From NCBI GenBank assembly GCA_051294375.1, contig CM119265.1, positions 22,072,278 to 22,136,277 of the forward strand: 64,000 nucleotides of DNA. The letters run 5' to 3'. The notes below the pieces were generated by a model. The model made no database searches and was not told the origin of the DNA. It saw only the letters and a list, made by a program, of their open reading frames with translations. The translations under genes and the position numbers were made by a program. Shown in pieces: positions 60,601-64,000 of this stretch; position 1 is the first letter of the stretch, and each line of letters starts with the position of its first letter. The stretch is from Paraspadella gotoi. Its lineage: Eukaryota > Animalia > Chaetognatha.

Positions 60601-63571
60601 ATTTCTCCCACTTATATCGATTGTCTTTCACTTGATTTTAAATAAAATTAGAATTCAGAAACTAATTTTTTTGTTCAAAATTATTTTCCCAGTGATATTA
60701 AGTACATTTTGTATGTTCCTGTGTCTATTTTTCAAAACGCAATGCAGTCTCGCTACGTCACATTACGAAACACTACATTTATCTCATTTGAAAACACATA
60801 CTTTAATAGAGATACGATGGTTGCTTTCTCGCAATTATAAAGCGTATTCGCCGGGATTTACTTTTTTCAAAAGACTAACTCATCTGTTTAACTATTACAA
60901 ATTAAAAATGACATCAAAAACCGACGTTTTAAATCAATTTAATCGTTTTCTCAAATATTTCAAGTACGAAAACTCAAATAGTTATTATGTTTTAAATTTG
61001 TGCATTGTAAGCATATCTTTTATTTGGGTTTTACTGTTAAATTAACCTTTATTTCAAAGATTTTAGGCGATAGCTGGTTTTTTTTTTAGAATAATTAAGT
61101 TGTTTATACGACTTATTTTGTTCTGTACTACTCGTAGTATACTATCTTACTAATTATTTGCAGTTTCTGAATTACTTGGAATTTAGTTGTATCATGTGTT
61201 CTGTATTGTAAGAACAAGAACGGTGATTCGAATGTGTGTTGCGCAGCAGCGACTTTCTTTTCATGTATATTTCTGGGTGATCACGTGACTGCATAAATAT
61301 TACTTGTAACAAACGTCCTATGGTTGATTATTTGTCTAAAGTTTCAACTAAAACAAGCAAACGTTATATAAAATATGCTGCATTTACTTTGTTATCACGT
61401 GACCAAAGTTCTGCGTTGTCACGTTACTACACAAGTATGAAAGATATGTACAATAAGCATTTAGTAATGCCTACCAGTATGGTGAGTATTAATAAAAATA
61501 AATTATACCGCAACAAAGTACTGGGTACCAGTGAGCTATATTTGTGGATAAGGCGCTACGTGGGCTGAAGATGACTGTCCGTAACTTCTATATCCCCCTC
61601 TAGGGATGGAACGGGTATCTGAGCTTGGAACCAGGCTTAAGGGTTTGCCACGCCCCCAAGGGGCACGACTGAAGGTGTCATGCTTATAGGCGGGGTGAAC
61701 TTATGCAATGTCCGACTACATATTATATATAGTAATAAGTATATGATGGGCTGAACATTAAAAATGAAAATTTTGAAATTCTAAGACCCGATTTGAATTT
61801 GTTGATAGAAGCAAGTATAATTCTTTTTTAAAAAATATTTTATAAGTTGGTTAAGAATATAAAAAATTATATTCAAGATAACGATTTTTAATTTAAGGCT
61901 TAAAAATATAGTTTGTGGCAATTTTAATTTAATTAATGACATAATTTTGAACATAACTATTGAACTAAAAAGAACAGTGCAACCCCGGTGGCGTTAGAGA
62001 GGGCATTCTCTCTTCCCACCGTGCGGCTTCCGTTCGCGCCCAATTGGTTATAAAATAATCAATGCTAGGAAGCGGGGCGTCTAGCCCACCTGTAGTTGCG
62101 GAATACAGTCAGATCCGAAGTACTGAAACTAGCAGATATCGGACGGTAATTTGTACCTTCAGTGTGGTAGTAATTTTTTTTTTATGATGCGACTCCTTAA
62201 AATTGAAAGTCACCAAAAAGCCGCCATTCCATAACGCTCTCATATTCGCGCAAACAATAATTGCCATAGTTTTCCCGAGTGACCAAACACTGACCGAACA
62301 GTTTAGCCTGAATCCTGTTTCGGGTTTTGTTCATCTCAACGTAGATGCGCAGCCTCTTGGCAATTTCGGAGCAGCGGAGTTCTCGCTCTTCGCCCGCGCA
62401 GTCGACTTTCGCAATATCGTCCGCGCCTTGAAAAATATTTTGAATTCAAAATTACATAATACATTTGAAAGTACTTTGTAAGTACCCAGATTATACGCTA
62501 TACAATATACATTATACAGTACACGCCTCTGCCCAGGTCATGACCCTACCAATATGCAATACCTGTCAAGTATTGCAACAAACCTTTTAGGACGTGATAA
62601 ATGTGTAGGCCATGCACGGATTGGGCCAACCCTTGCCAGATGTAGAAAGGAAGAAGAAAGAAAAAGCATTGGATCATAAGAACGACGGGCACCCAGCGAT
62701 AATAGTTGATGAACTTCTTACGCCCGCCTGTCGGCAGCAGATTCATACGGGAGTGGGCCTGGTGCGATCCCAGGCGGGGCACTCCGCCGTTCCACTTTTC
62801 CGCGCCGCTCTTGTCCACCTGCATGGAGTCGGTGAAAGGGGGGCGGACTCAGTTGGCGTTGGGTATAGAGGGAGAGCTGATAAGTCAAACGTGGGAGTTC
62901 TAAATCTCTGTTTCCATTTACATTTTCTGTCGGTATGTACTTATATGACTTTTCACACATCGAGTGTTTTTTTCGCAAGATGAGAAAGATTTTGGTGCCG
63001 TAATACTGTTTAACGTGTTATCGGGCATAGAACGGTGTTGAGAGGAGCTGGTTAAACCAATGTACAATGTACAAGCTAAGTACTTACCAAGTAGTAGATA
63101 CTGTTGGCCCAACAATACGAGTTTATATAAGCTGTTTGGTCGTCGTTGTAGTAGTCGGGGACGAAGCAGGATATTGGGTCACCAATGAACTCGGAAGTCG
63201 CCAGGAAAACGACTGTTAATTTGAAATAAATAACAATAAAAACAGTGTTCTAATACATTGAATTATCTCACTTCTTGCCAGTAAAATTGTTGGCAAGATA
63301 GATGGATTCACAACTACTAATTTTTGAAAATATTAATTAAAAAAAAGATGATTTGAATGTTGAGATAAAACCTTCAAGAATGATGACTTGCTCGAAAAAC
63401 TCGTAAGATATTTTGGTGATACAGTAACTCACTAATTCACTGAACGCATCAATGAAACTCACTGGCAACTATCAGAGCTGTAACAATGTGTTTTCTGGAC
63501 ATTCGATCCACGTAGTCGTCAAAATAAATCTCCGGATCGAACCAACTCTTTATTCCCAAAAGAAAAGACAT
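50632..63571 (-). CDS. inx: Innexin (gap junction/hemichannel protein), about 9 exons, ~9.8-kb central intron
   Basis: DDYVDRMS, FIGDPISCFVP..YINSYCW, YYRWVPVVL..FLLPFYIW, TM3 LFFSYMTSKLLY, EL2 RFP..FCEY, PLNIYHDKIF, C-terminal FVDAHLTLDVVFVLRLM; a few frameshifts around 51600-52400. Confidence 0.82.
51490..51559 (+). pseudogene. Degenerate tRNA-Arg(CCG) copy inside an innexin intron
   Basis: Matches 44871-44943 but lacks single G/C residues in several homopolymers; either a pseudogene or consensus error. Confidence 0.7.
53553..53640. repeat. (TTAA)n simple repeat next to a dispersed element end shared (inverted) with 7925-7970
   Basis: aacaagtttgagcaaacaatgtcggatctgcct is the reverse complement of ~7937-7969. 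Confidence 0.6.
55215..56240 (+). mobile_element. Helentron/DINE-1-like non-autonomous element with tandem ~170-bp internal units and (GGAC)n
   Basis: Four copies of TTTAAACTCATTTCCAC..CCTACCCACACACAAAA, (GGAC)n microsatellite, terminal hairpin AGTCGG(G)ATCTGCT-GATA-AGCAGATCCGACT, A-rich flank; related inverted pieces at 7140-7250 and 58600-58770. Confidence 0.65.
57345..58434 (+). pseudogene. Disrupted membrane-protein-like ORF (possibly XK-related), nested antisense in the innexin intron
   Basis: Coding-like composition, hydrophobic segments (LFLSVALNVADLFTD; ILISFALSVTGLAV), in-frame stops and frame changes. Confidence 0.35.
59648..61045 (+). CDS. 465-aa multipass membrane protein ORF of unknown family, nested antisense in the innexin intron
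   Basis: 1.4-kb stop-free ORF in very AT-rich DNA with about 6-7 hydrophobic segments; may be one large exon. Confidence 0.6.
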   Translation: MANLFLMDKSPRIRFNLFDNCFSLFGLMDTQKWNESITNLYSQNEQYTQCPVKVNSAMTFRWLTTLQLGNYKYLDINYENILYMMIIDLSLSVSYVTIYLHEKQNLLKMAEFLIPGLVPILVLACHLYDTISHQKLYDKLDLYRCNDTYYMREILVDFNLCGTTFKETHSQLLRSKERQYRSYTLLTNFAFSSFFLFSVFFFLETFRRITINSFNRWLNILKKCLELLFLTLPPFALLFRQGDDSSEKFMHDFFKVYDNFHDAQSRLTDLYYINYSKIYDDLKDDNLKREEYVSSIVASQFISFIMHSENFLIIFYLSFLPLISIVFHLILNKIRIQKLIFLFKIIFPVILSTFCMFLCLFFKTQCSLATSHYETLHLSHLKTHTLIEIRWLLSRNYKAYSPGFTFFKRLTHLFNYYKLKMTSKTDVLNQFNRFLKYFKYENSNSYYVLNLCIVSISFIWVLLLN

Positions 63572-64000
63572 CGTCTCGGTTTATTCCACCGGAATGTTTC
63601 TTTATTTGTTTTTTGTTGTTGTAGTTTTGGTAGTTTTTGGTTGTTTTTTTTCCAAGGCGTTTTGGTTTTGAAATGTTACGACTTACGAGTGTGATGAGGA
63701 GAAAATCATCGCTTTGCTTTCGAGAAGGAAATTTTTGAAAGTTCCTTTGCGATGCATGCAGTTAAATTTTGATTGCAAAAGTCAAAAGACCGCCCGTTTT
63801 AATGAAGCCGTCGAAATTTTTCAAAATATTCTGCTTCGGATGTGAATCTTACTCGAACATCGTAAATATTGCAAGAATTAATTTTCGTAGTTGTGAAGAG
63901 TTTAAAAACAATACTCTATTTAATTTTGTTTGTTCTACGTTTCTTCTATATTCGATACATCTGGCTGGTTAGTCACACTCACTGGCCTTTTTTTTTCTCG

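Noticed and set aside
61980-62170. tRNA gene
   Set aside because: Only weak A/B-box-like motifs and no cloverleaf; at most a SINE remnant

Overview
Eukaryotic (invertebrate animal) genomic DNA, not prokaryotic: spliced genes with mostly short (45-100 nt) AT-rich GT-AG introns and GC-richer exons, four N-gaps, and several apparent single-base consensus errors. From 10.07 to 34.50 kb, ten functionally unrelated genes lie head-to-tail on the + strand (MICU, a Cys-motif/Lys-rich orphan, NUDCD1, ALG14, PAQR3, SLC30A/ZnT, PRDX5, POR, a C-factor-like SDR, a phospholipid scramblase), with about 150-830 bp between each stop and the next ATG; this is a candidate trans-spliced operon. Also present: a TPR/beta-helix/MYND gene, an orphan secreted-protein gene, IQCD/DRC10, a group-7-allergen-like (TULIP) gene, tRNA-Arg(CCG) plus a degenerate copy, a second scramblase, and a 13-kb minus-strand innexin whose large intron hosts antisense membrane-protein ORFs. 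Repeats include Penelope-like and Gypsy relics, a hAT MITE, Helentron/DINE-like elements, minisatellites, and a miniature LTR retrotransposon (TRIM) family whose ~255-bp LTRs carry tRNA-like A/B boxes and conserved hairpins. Gene models were spliced by eye and family assignments rest on motif recognition, not database searches.
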